Source of the DNA: Lama guanicoe
Lineage: Eukaryota
Assembly: GCA_013239625.1 (NCBI GenBank)
Contig: MU053934.1
Span: forward strand, 1,147,285-1,211,284
Length of the DNA: 64,000 nt
Direction: 5' to 3'
Below are positions 37,760-49,559 of the stretch, piece after piece (positions within the stretch are counted from its first letter, which is position 1; each line of letters opens with the position of its first letter). The position numbers were made by a program, and so were the translations under genes. The notes under the pieces were generated by a model. It was not told the origin of the DNA, did not search any database, and saw only the letters and a program-made list of their open reading frames with translations.

Positions 37760-39335
37760 CCCACTCCCAGGCTCAAGGACACCCAGGTTTCTAGTTGGGC
37801 ATCTCATTAAACAGAGGGGCACTATAGTTATAGCTAGACCAGATGGGGTGGTCTGGGACACCTCACGGAGGAGATGGCATTTGAGCTGAGTTGGTGGAAA
37901 GAATGAGGCAGCCATAGGGAGATCCAGGAGCAAAGGGCTCCAAGTAGATGGAGCCTCAAATGCTAAGGTCTTGAGGTAGAAACAAATCTTATATTAAAAC
38001 AGAGAAAGAGCTACCATCCTGTCTTGCCTCAGTTCTTGCAAGAACCTCCAAACTGGTTCTCCCTGCTTCTACCCTTCTATTTTAACACAATAGCCAGGAA
38101 AAAAATTATAACGTCAATCAGATCATTTTTATTCATTTTCCCTATTCTCCTGGCCCCTTCATCTAGAGAAAAAGAGAGAGAGTGAGAATCCATGCAATCT
38201 GTGTCACCTACTTGATCCAATACCAATCACTCTCTTTTATCATTCTACTTTATTATCTTCATGAATACTGATCACTGTCTGAAAGTGTCTTATATGTTGT
38301 TATTTTCTGTCTCTACCCCCTCAAATGTAAGCTCTATCAGAACAAATACCTATCTTTTTCATTGTTGTATAGCCTGAAAATTAGTAGGCACTATCTAAAT
38401 ATTTGTAGAATGAATGATCAACGACTGAGGATGAATTCTGGAGGCAGATATTTAAAGACCTACTCTTGAGTTGAATGTAGGGGATGAGAGAAAGGGCGCA
38501 ATCATAAATTAACCCTCAAACGCCTATCTCCAGGAGGGTGTTTCTCTAAACTCATGTATTCAACATCCTATTTGACATCTCTACCTGAATGTCCTATGAT
38601 AAATCTAAAAGTAAAATCTTTGTCTCCTTTCTACTGAAATTAAATATTCCTCCTCCTTGTCTTCATTTAGGACTTCAGAGAAGGACCCTGATTGGTCCAT
38701 TTAGATCACACACCCACTGTGTTTGGACCAAGGGGTTACAGAACTATGATTGGTCAGGCCTGGATCATGTGGGTAGAAGAAGGCTGTGACTGGCTGGCTC
38801 CCCAGAGCCATGTGGAATTGGGAAAGGCAGTTCTGCCAAAGGATGAGTTGGGGTAAACAAAATCAGAAGAAGGAAATGAAAGCCTGATGGACAAAACAAC
38901 AGATGCTAACAACTAATGGCACGTCATTGTCCTAAAGATGAAATGTAAGCCCTTCAGCATGACATACAAGGGTCTTTACCATCTGGCCCCGTCTACCTCC
39001 CCTGCCTCATCTCTCAGGTCTCTCGCTAACTGCGCTCTGGTGGTATGGACTTGGAGTGTGCCCTGCTTTCTATTTTACTTCTGAACCCTCTATTGGAAAT
39101 GCCCCCTGCCTGTGTCTTTGCCCAAATCCTGTTTTATTCAGCTCTGATGTGATGCTTTAAGAGAAAGTCCTTCCTGATACTCAAGCTGCCATGTATGCTC
39201 TACTTCCGTCTTTCATCGCCTGCAGCGTGTGTGTGCACTCAGCTGGGAGCTCCTTGAGAAAACAGCTGTGCCTTTCATCTCTATCTCTATCTACATTTTA
39301 AATTCCTCTGTAAGTATTTGCTGCATTCATGAATA
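37760..39335. mobile_element. Cluster of L2 fragments in both orientations with an MLT1-like piece (~38660-38915)
   Basis: GGAGATGGCATTTGAGCTGAG (minus L2), AAATATTTGTAGAATGAATG (plus L2 end), GATTGGTCAGGCCTGGATCATGTG (MLT1). Confidence 0.65.
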
Positions 39336-39599
39336 GGAAGGAAGAGGGAATCAGGGAGAGAGAAAGGAGAAAAAGGGGGGAGTGGGGGAGGAGTCTTAGT
39401 AATGAATGAGAGAGCATTTCCTAGTTTAACACACGAATACAACCCTTGGGAAGGTGGACGGATTACCTTCGGTTTCCCACACAAAAGTGGGTTGGACAAA
39501 GTTGGTTACTGGGATAGAAGGCAGAACTCCCATGCACACTGAGGCGTCTATTTGGAAGTATCCAGTTAACACATTTTTCCCAGAAACTCCCAGACAGAG

Positions 39600-40540
39600 T
39601 AATACAATCATGCACTGCTAATGGGGTGGGAGTGTCCATTGGGACAAGACTTTTGAGGAGCAATTTGGCAGCATCTTGCAAAACTGAAGATGCAGACTCC
39701 GTGACCCAACTATTCCACTCCTAGGTGTAGAGAATCTCACACATCTGGGACATGTACAAGACTGTTAACTGCAACATTATTTGTCAGTATGAAAATATTG
39801 AATCAGCCTAAATTTACCTTTGCAGGAGAATGGGTAAATAAATCTTGATATGTTCGTTTATCACTGAAACACTGGAGGCAAAAGGAGTGAACTAGTGCTA
39901 CTTATATCAAAATGGATGAATCCGTAATTTATCTCTCCCCCCTTTCCCCTTTGGAGGGATTTTGAGGATTAACAGATACACACTACTATATATAAAAAAG
40001 ATAAACAACAAGGACCTACTGTATAGCACAGGGAACTATATTCAATTTCTTATAATAACATACAATGGAAAAGAATCTGAAAAGAAAATGTATACATATG
40101 TATGTATATGTATAACTGAATCACTTCGCTGTACACCTGAAACCAACATTGTAAATCAACTACACTTCAATAAAAAATATTTTTTTAAAAAAACAGACAA
40201 ATCCCAAGGGCATATGGAGAAAAACAAGTTGTACAAAGATATGTAAAATATGATATAAACCCAGTTTTAAAACATGCAAAATACATCAACAACTTGCTTA
40301 TGGATAGATATACAGTACAAGCATAAAAGTGTGCATGGAATGTTAAACTGTGCTCAGAAGCATGATTGTAACTTATACTGAAGGGATGTAAATGAGATGG
40401 GGGATGCAGATAGTGTTTACAGGGAAATTCAGCTGCCTCTCTAATGTTTTGTTTCTTTTGTAAAAGTCTGAAACACACATGAAAAATATTTGATAAACCT
40501 GGATACTGGACATAAGAAGCTTTTAAATATTATTCTTTCC
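39600..40540 (+). mobile_element. Old L1ME-type 3' fragment hosting a young L1
   Basis: GCAATTTGGCAGCATC...GACCCAACTATTCCACTCCTAGGT...GGAGAATGGGTAAATAAA. Confidence 0.75.
39921..40193 (+). mobile_element. Young L1 3' end with a 5' inversion
   Basis: Sense 3' UTR from ~39960 plus an inverted 32-bp piece at 39921-39952. 15-bp TSD at 39909-39923 / 40190-40204. Confidence 0.9.
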
Positions 40541-40772
40541 AGTACAGTAGACACTAGTCACATGTGGCTAATTCATTTTAGATTTAAATTAGTTAAAATT
40601 TGGCAACATTAAAATTTTAGTTCTTCGGTACAACAACCACATCCCATGTGCTCCATGCCCACATGTGGCTAGTGACTGCTATACTGGAAAACTAGTGGCT
40701 GTCATATGGGACAGAGCAGATTATAGAACATTTGCATTATTATAGAAAGTTCTATTGGACAACTCCAATCTA
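40540..40772 (-). mobile_element. hAT-Charlie MER3-like
   Basis: CACTAGTCACATGTGGCTA...CACATGTGGCTAGTG...TAGAAAGTTCTATTGGACA. Confidence 0.85.
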
Positions 40773-41775
40773 TACTCTCATGTAATTGGATATTTCATAG
40801 TTAGAAATTTAAGATTAATTTGACTAAAGCATCCTCTGCTGTCAGCTATCATAATGACACAAGATCATAGTAATTAATTATATAAAATCTGTTCTATACC
40901 ATGTTGAATTTCTCAGTGAAGGTAGCCTTTGTTAGGAGAATTGCTGACACCATAAGAGCCACAGCTAAGCCCTCAGCCAGTAAATACACACTAAAAAGCA
41001 TGAGGGTGCATAAGCTAGACTGTCTGAGAAATTTTTTCAAATCTAAATATGTGAAGCATGATAAAGAATTCCTACTCTCTAACACCATCAGATTGAAGCT
41101 AGGATCTCAAACCAGACCAGCCTCGATGGTTCTACATGTGCATGTCCTCCTCCAAGGCAGGGAGAAGGAATACTAATGAAGAGAAAACACACACACACAC
41201 ACACAGGCATCCCAGAATAGAAATACTGAAGAAGAAGAATCAGAATAATGTGTCTGCTTGATTCAATACATTATTATCCTGCATCTCATAGATGAAGAAA
41301 ACAAAAGTCCAGTAAAGATGTAAGGTAATTTTCCAAGGGTCACAGGAGGAATAATGATAATAATGACCATTTACTGAATTCTTGCTAAGTGCAAGACACT
41401 CTTCGAGGCATTTCACAATTGCTACCTCATTTGATTCTTGTAATCACACCTCATAATTGGTAGTCATGGTCCGAATTCAGATATCTCTAATTTCAAAGTC
41501 CATGCTCTTCCCCAATATTGTATCAACTCTCTAGGACTTATTGTTCCTAAATAAGATAAAGAGTCTCTGGTTTTAAAGACTCTTGACCTCTAAAGGGTGT
41601 ATGTCATGTAACAAGACCACCATAACATGACATAGTGCATTCATAGAAGAAAGTATGGGATGTCACAGGAGGGGCCCATAACTGGGACACAAGAAAATCT
41701 TCCTGAAGGAGAGACACATTAGCTGAGTGTTGGGAAAGAGTTGAATTGAACCTAGAAGAAAAGGTATTGGGGAGG

Positions 41776-42732
41776 TCTCTGTTCACAGATAACATTATCT
41801 TATATATTAAAAACCCTGAAGATGCCACACACACACACACACACACAACTATTTGAACTGATAAATGAATTCAGTACAGTTGCAAGATACAAAATCAACA
41901 TACAAAAAAAATCAGTTATGTTTCTATACACTAGTGATAAACTATCTGAAAAGGAAAGTAAGAAAATAATTCCATTTATAATAGATTCAAAAAGAATAAA
42001 ATACTTGGGAATAAGCTTTGACCAAAGAAGTAAAAGACTTACATTTTGAAAACTACATAGAATTGATGAAGAAATTAGACACAAATATATGGAAAGATAT
42101 CTTATGTTCTTGGACCGTAACACTTAACATTGTTAAAATATCCATACTAACCAAAGCAATCTACAGATTCAATGCAATCCCTATAAAAATCCCAATGACT
42201 TTTTTTATAGAAATGGGAGGAGGAGCTTAAAATTTATCTGGAGCCACAGGAACCCAAGCAGCCAAAGGAATCTTTAGAAAGAAAAAAAGCTGGAAGCATC
42301 ACACACGCTGCTTTTAAAATATATTACAGAGCTACAGTAACTAAAACAGTATGGTTTTTGCATAAACCAGACACATAGACCAATGGAACAGAATAGAGAG
42401 TTCAGAAATAAACCCACACGTACGTAGTCAACTGATCTTTGACAAGGGTGTCAAGACCACACAACAGGCAGAGGACAGTCTCTTTAACAAATGACGTTGG
42501 GAAAACTGAAGCCCTGCATGCAAAAGAATGAAATTGGACCCTTATAGCATATACACAAATCAACTCAAAACGGATTAAAAATTTAGGCATAAGACCTAAA
42601 AATGCAAAACTCCTAGGAGAAAACATAGGAGGAAGGCTTCAGGACATTGGTCTAGGTAATAATTTCTTCCTTGGATGTGACTCCAAAAGCACAAGCTACA
42701 AAAGCATAAATAGAAAAGTAGGACTCCATCCG
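41776..42732 (+). mobile_element. L1MA-type ORF2 fragment (RT C-terminal region), 3'-truncated
   Basis: ORF peptides LFELINEFSTVARYKINIQKKSVMFLYT and WKDILCSW...[27 protein letters not shown] are L1 ORF2. Confidence 0.95.
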
Positions 42733-42749
42733 ACATAGCCGACAAAACT

Positions 42750-43405
42750 CTGCTCTGTTTGTAATTTCAACCTCTTATCCTTCTAGATCTCACTCCCTCA
42801 CTGAAGCCTCTTTTCCCTTAAGCACCTGATTTCCTCCCCCCAATCTATTAGAAGAGTCTCCTGTTATTACTCTCTTTTCTACCTACCCTAGAATCAATGA
42901 TTTGATTACTCTTGTGACATTATCCTCAACTTTCTGTCTGTTGATCTCTAATATCTGCCGAACAAGATCCTATCCTGGATTACTTCACCAAGGGAGTCAG
43001 GTGCTACAGGATACAACAGCTTAATAATCTGATTGAGGATAGGCAGTGCAGGACCCCAGCTGCACTTCAGCATAGCCCAGCAATCCTTAACATCCACAGT
43101 CAGCTCACCCTTTCCCCTAAGAAAAATTTGATTCTTTCTTTACTTTTGCTAACTTTCCATCTCCCCACCACTAGCCACCACACTCCAGTATATAGTCTCC
43201 TTCTAACTTCACAGAAGAAATATGAGACAAGGGGCAGAAATACAATTCAAATTCCCTGCTCTATCTATGATCCCATTTTCACCAGATGCCACCTGAAACT
43301 CATTTAACTTTTTAAACTGTGGAAGAAATACTCCTCTTCTTCCTAAGACTAAATTTTCCCTTTTTAAAAAATTGCTCTCTGTTCCTTGCCTCCTCAAGGA
43401 CCTCA
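42750..43405 (+). mobile_element. Probable L2 ORF2 fragment
   Basis: CTTCACAGAAGAAATATGAGAC...CCTCTTCTTCCTAAG...CCTCCTCAAGGACCT resembles L2 internal sequence. Confidence 0.5.
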
Positions 43406-43407
43406 CA

Positions 43408-44732
43408 CCTTGACATGGGACTTGACGATGACTTTTTGAATTTTACATCAAAAACAAAGGCAACAAAAGCAAAAATAAACAAGTGGGTTGACATAACACG
43501 AAAGTTTTCTGCACAGCCAGGTAACAGTCAACAAAATGAAAAGACAACGTACAAAATGGGAGAAAATGTTTCCAAACCATATACCCAATAATGGGTTAAT
43601 ATCCAAAATATACAAGAAACCCTTGCAATTTAATAGCAAAAAAAAAAAAACCCAAACAACTTGATTTAAAAATAAATAAAGAAAATGAATAGACATTTTC
43701 CCAAAGGAGATGTATAAATGGCCGAATACATGAAAAGAATGACATCACTAATCATCTGGGAAATGCAAATCAAAACCATAATGAGATATTACCCCATACA
43801 TTTTAGGATGTCTATTATTAAAAAGAAAAGACATAACAAATCTTGGTGAGGATGTGGGAAAATTGGAACCTTTTTGCACTGTTGGTAGGATTGTAAATTA
43901 ATACAGCTTTTATAGAAAACAGCACAAATGTCCCTCAAAAAATTGCAAGTAAAACTACCATGTGATCCAATAATAATAATTCTGGATATATATCAAGATA
44001 AATGAAATCCCTGCCATTAAAAGATATCTGCATGCCCATGTTTATTGTAGCATTATTTACAGTAGCCAAGAAATGAAAGCAATCTAAGTGTCCATCTATA
44101 GATGAATTGATAAAGAAGATATTATATACATGTATATGTTATATCATTATGAATATATATTATTCAGCCTTAAAATAATAATAACATAATAATAATACTC
44201 AGCCTTAAAATAAGGAAATTGTGCTATTTGCAACAACATGGATAAACCTAGAGGGCATTTTGCTCAGTGAAATAAACCAAAGATGAATACAGTACAGGAT
44301 CACTTATATGTGGATTTGCAGGTACTAACTACTATATATAAAATAGATAAGCAACAAGTTTATACTGTACAGCACAGGGAACTATATTCAATATCTTGTA
44401 GTAACCTATAATGAAAAAGAATATGAAAACAAATATATGTATGTATATGTATGACTGAAACATTATGCTGCACACCAGAAACTGGCACAACATTGTATTG
44501 ACTATGCTTCAATTAAAAGAGAATGCCAGAAAAAAAAATTGAACTCATAGAAACAATAGATTGGTGGTTGCTTGTTGCTAGGAGCTGGGATAGATGTTGG
44601 TCAAGGGGTACAAACTTTCAGTAATATGATGAATATGTTCTCAGGATCTAATGTAAAGTATGGTGACCATAGTTAATAATAATACTGTATTGTGTACTTG
44701 AATTTACTAGATAGTAGATCTTAATCATTCAT

Positions 44733-44763
<31 letters not shown>

Positions 44764-44905
44764 CTAACTATGTGTGAGGTGATGGATGTGTTAATTAGCT
44801 TGATGGGAATGATTTCACAATGTATACATATATCAAATTATCACATTGTACACTTTAAATATATTACAGTTTTGTCAACTATGCTTCAATAAACCTGGAA
44901 AAAGA
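43408..44905 (+). mobile_element. L1MA-type 3' end (ORF2 end and 3' UTR), with a nested young L1
   Basis: DMGLDDDFLNFTSKTKATKAKINKW peptide, GAAATGCAAATCAAAACC, end TTGTCAACTATGCTTCAATAAACCTGGAAAAA. Confidence 0.92.
44313..44538 (+). mobile_element. Young camelid-type L1 3' end nested in the L1MA 3' UTR
   Basis: GTTTATACTGTACAGCACAGGGAACTATATTCAATATCTTGTAGTAACC, near-identical to ~12860-13055. Confidence 0.92.
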
Positions 44906-45029
44906 TTAATTTCCAAGTCTACTATTAACATAATACACATTAATACAGGTAAATATAGCTTTTTCCTCCAAATAAAAACATTTACTTATTATGGCAAACG
45001 AAAAAATATTTTTTTTCTAGTTTTAAGAA

Positions 45030-45830
45030 GTTATCAGGGGAGTGTTTCAAACTCAAGATACAACATGTGAATAAACTCCAACAAAGGGGACTTGACCTTC
45101 ACACAGAAGATATGTTTGAGGCACATCAAGTGGCTCATTATGACTAAGGCATAATTCTGAAGAAGGATTGGAAAGAGATGAGGCTGGACAGGCAAGAGAT
45201 GACAATCAGGGAATGACACTGTTGGTCATTCTTAACAGTTAGGGCAAAGAGGAACCATTAAAGATGTTTATGTAAGGAATTGAGTCAATTTGATCTGCAT
45301 TTTAAGAATATCCCTCTGGCTACTCTGAGGATGATTATCTGGAGGGAAATTGCTTAGAGGTTATTGTAATAATCCAGCCGAGAAGGGATGAGAGCCTTAA
45401 CTGGGTAGAGATAGAGAGGACAGGATTTAAAGTCATTTCAGAGGGAGCACTCACAGGATACAGCGACTAATTACATGTGGAGACGAAAGAAGATGAGGTT
45501 TACAGTGATTGCTGTGCTATGTGCTGGGTTGACAGCTAAATGGGTGTTATCACTGAAAACAGAGCCAATTTGGAGAGAAAGGCACGAGTTAATTTTTTTT
45601 GACATGCTGCATTTTAGATGCCCATAAAACTCGCAAGTGGTAGGTATTAATAAGCAGTTGATTTCATAGGTTTAAAGCTCATAAGTGAGCTCTGTGTAAA
45701 AGTCCAGAGATTTGTGACTCACCAGCATGGAGATGGTGGTTAGACATGGGCAGGACTGACCTAACTCAAGGGTGTGCTAGGGGAGAAAACTAAAGGGCTT
45801 AGGATGGGACCTATCAGGTAAGGGAGATAG
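45030..45830 (-). mobile_element. L2 fragment
   Basis: GATCTGCATTTTAAGAATATCCCTCTGGCT...GAGGTTATTGTAATAATCCAG. Confidence 0.75.
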
Positions 45831-46069
45831 AGGAAGTGTTTCCCTCCTCCGCCTACTTCTCTCCATTTCCCCTTACTCACTTCTCCAAGATGAGAGAAGA
45901 GTAATCTGATTGGCCAGATTTTATGACATTGGTTGGCCATAAATAAGTGGGCAAAATCACCTATCAATGTTAAAAGATCAATACAAGATTTTCTGGGCTT
46001 CCTACCTTTGTTTGGTTAGTAGACTCAGTCAAAGCAACCCCTTTTCAGACCCTGCCAACTTTCTCAATC

Positions 46070-46432
46070 CATCAGTCAGGATACACCAAGTTATGCTGCA
46101 GTAACAAACAATTCCCAAAATCTCATTGACTCCACAAGCAAAGGTCTATTTCAGATTCACATTACACGTTCATTATGGGTCAGCTAGGGGCTCTGCTCCA
46201 TGATTTTGTCACTCAGGGACCCAGGCTAATGGAGCCACCACCATCTGAAACACAGTAGTTGCCATGGAAAGGAAAAATCAGTGTGGCAGAATGAAAACAG
46301 AATCATAAAGGCTTCACATTTCATTGTCCAAGGCAAATCATAAGGTCTTGCCCAACTTCAAAGGGTTCCAGAAGTGCAGCCCCATCCTGTGCTTAGAAGA
46401 AATACAACTGGAAATGTTTGGAGAACTGCACT
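46070..46432 (-). mobile_element. Old MaLR LTR (MLT1J/K-like)
   Basis: GTTATGCTGCAGTAACAAACAATTCCCAAAATCTCA...CTCAGGGACCCAGGCTAATGGAGC. Confidence 0.8.
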
Positions 46433-47164
46433 TGAAGCCAGCTCTCTTGGGTGTGCTGGCTGGGCAATGAGCTAAAGGTAAAATATGAAATTGGATTTGG
46501 GGAGGAGAGAGAAGCATCGCTTCAGCTCAAGCCTAAACCAAATATGACAAATCAACTTTATCCAAGGTCCACACTATGATAAATAAAGCACTAACTCAAC
46601 TCAGACTAGAATGATATTTGTTTCCCATCTTTTCCTTCTTCATGAAACTGGAGGTGATACAAAACAATATTTAGGACTTCCTGTGTCCTTCAGCCAAATA
46701 GCACCAAGTATCATTTAAAGCTCACTTACATTACCAACAGAACCCCTAATAAAACCAGTACTATATGGGTGAGCAGAAAAAGAAGAGATTAAAAATGAAG
46801 AGCTAAAGATATCAGAGAAAATCAAGTGAAGCTGAGGTCATGAAAGCCAGGAGAAGGGAGATTTTAACAGGATGGAGTTTCTGGGAGTTCAAAGGACAAT
46901 AAGGAAAAGGAGGAATCTTCTGGATGCAGCCACTGTAAGTTCTGAAGGACTTTGTAAAGAGTGGGTTCAGTGGAATATTGGGAAGAGATGCTTCTTTCAA
47001 GGATATTCACTGTGGAGAAATGGACCAAGGCAGGACAAGTAAAGGCCATTTGCCAAGGGAGTATCTTCAGGTGGTAAAAACTTGAACATAACATTCCTAA
47101 AGGAGAAGGCTAAATAAAGAGGATAAGTAGAAGATGAAGTATTGAAAGAGTGAGGTCCTTGAGG

Positions 47165-47495
47165 CATATCCATACTATCCAGCAATACCACTTCTGGGTA
47201 TGTATCCAAAAGAATTGAAATCCAGATCTCAAAGAGGTATCTGTACTCTCGTGTTCATTGCAGAATTATTCATAATACCTAAGATATGGAAACAACCTAA
47301 GGGTCCATCAACAGATGAATGGATAAAGAAAATGGGGCATATTATACAGCCTTTAAAAAGAAGGAAATCCTGCCATATGCGACAACATGGATGAACGTGG
47401 AGGATGTTATACTAAGTGAAAAAAGCCAGTCACAGAAGGACAAATACTGCATGACTCCACTTATATGAGGTATCTGAAATAGTCAAACTCATTAT
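47165..47495 (+). mobile_element. L1MA/MB 3' fragment
   Basis: MYPKELKSRSQRGICTLVFIAELFIIPKIWKQPKGPSTDEWIKKM is the L1 ORF2 C-terminus. Confidence 0.92.
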
Positions 47496-47839
47496 GGTCA
47501 TTTATACTGTATTTGTTTTGGGAGAAAAGAGTAAAAGAAAGAAATGAATGGGAGAAAGAAAAAGAGGAGAAAGGGAACATCACTATGCTGAAATCAAAGT
47601 TTTAACCCCTTTGCTTATCACATGATCTTCTTTCTATACTTTCTCCCAAAAAGTTGACCTTGAACTTGACCCATCTCTGCCAGCTCTTCTTTCCTTTAAA
47701 GAGTGCAAAGGGGGAGAAGTGAGAAACATGCCAGAGACTTCAGATCTCTCGACAGACCCACAACCGAGCATTTGTACACATCTCCTAAATGTTCACTACC
47801 TTTCCACAGCATCTCATTATATTCTGTGGAGAGACAAAG

Positions 47840-48470
47840 AGGGTATTAAACGTGTCAATTACAGACAGTTATGCTGCAAATCAAAAACCTTGGACGTTCA
47901 ATGGCAGAGCCAGGATGGAAGCTGGCAGCTTTCATAATCGTTTCTAATATGAAATGGACGTATCCCTCCCTACATGCAAACAGCACTCTGGTTTCACCTG
48001 AGAAACACTGGAATTGGATCTTTACCTGATATGCAGAGTGGAGTGGCACGGGAGTTAATGATCTGGTGGGCTGCATGCAGCGACAGGATAATTGAAGGGT
48101 TAGCACCATGGGCTGGTGGGGTAATTGCCAGATTGATGGTTGAAGCTTTTGTTTCAGGTCCAGACAGCAATTAAAGACCCTGGCACAGCGCATATTAGCC
48201 AGACATCCAGGTGGCTACAGGATTGTCCACACGCTGTAATTTGCTACAGACCCTCCCCAGCCCCCCTCACCTGCCCGACGCTGGCTGGGCAAACAGTCCT
48301 CCAGAGATGAGTAAGGACACTCCTCTCTCTCTCTGCTTAAAGCAGAACAGATTTGTCCAACACATTTCATTCTGCAGTGGAGAGCAGCAGGATTATTTTT
48401 TTCTAACAAAGATCTAAAAGTCTAATTTAAAAAGACAGTGGCATGATTTGCTGCAAGTTTTCCTGCCATG
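47840..48470. promoter_or_regulatory. Candidate developmental enhancer / conserved non-coding element
   Basis: No recognisable repeat. Pbx-Hox-type AGATTGATGG at 48130-48139, Meis-type TGTCA at 47853, multiple TAAT/ATTA cores. Confidence 0.45.
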
Positions 48471-49559
48471 TAAAGGAGAAGGTCTGGGGACATGAAGGGG
48501 TTGCTTGGTTGGCTAGCTTTTTGCCCATTTCCTTGTCAGCAGTATTTCTACAACCCTGTTTTCAAATGTTGCCTTTCCTCTATCTTTTGAGGACTCTAAA
48601 CAGTGCTTGTTTGTATCATAAATTCCCAGGAGGAAATCAAGTCTTATCTGTCAGTTGAGGACATTTTCTACTTACTTTTTAAGGGGAAAAAAAAGGCCAA
48701 CAACTCAAGAACCATTAAAAAGGAGTGAACAACAACACGGCAGTTAGCTGCTTTAATTTTCTTTCAAAGGCTTCCTGGCCAGGCAGCCTGGTGGAGGCCA
48801 GCTTGAGGGATGACATCCATAATTATCTGCAGACAGCTATAGAGTGCATTGCCCTGCTTCCCAGACCTCAGTTATCCGCTTCCTACCAGTATGACCAACT
48901 ATAAACTTGTTATTTTTTTTTCTTTACATTGATGCATGTATTTTTACTTAGGTGAATGTGTTTTAAAAGGAAATTCTGTGTCAAGGGCAAGAGGAACTCC
49001 TGCTTTTAAGCCTAGAAGGGATTTATGGAAATTGAATTTGGGGAGGGACCCAGGTAGGTGCCAAAGAAATGCAGGTTGGGCATGCAGCTGGCAGAGGAGT
49101 TCCTGGGTGTGAACGGCTTCACACCGCCATGCACAAAGGTCTCCTCTCCCTCCTGCCTCAAAGTGAGATTGCCTAGGTCACAATTCCAAGAGCTGGACAA
49201 TAGAACCCTATGGGCTGCATGCATAAATCAAATATACATCCAAGTGCATACATCTCCCCTCTTCTGAGAGCTTTTCTCTTTCCTCTCTCCTTTATTACCC
49301 CAAACTCCAGGTCTCTACACTGATTCAAGTTCCCAGGGGAGCAAATATTTATGAACAATAATCCTTACGAAGTATTGAGGTCAAAAATGGGTTCTTTATG
49401 GCACATCGATCATGTGGCTCTTTCCTAATAACACCATGCAAGATACCCCTGGGTGTAGTGGTTAAGGCATATTACAGCATGGGACCATTTTGTACCCCAT
49501 GTCTTGTAGACTATGAGAACACTGAGACAGGGGGAATTAATACAAATTAGAGAAATGAC

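Noticed and set aside
41822..42230. RT-like ORFs as a host gene
   Set aside because: Frameshifted L1 ORF2 fossil
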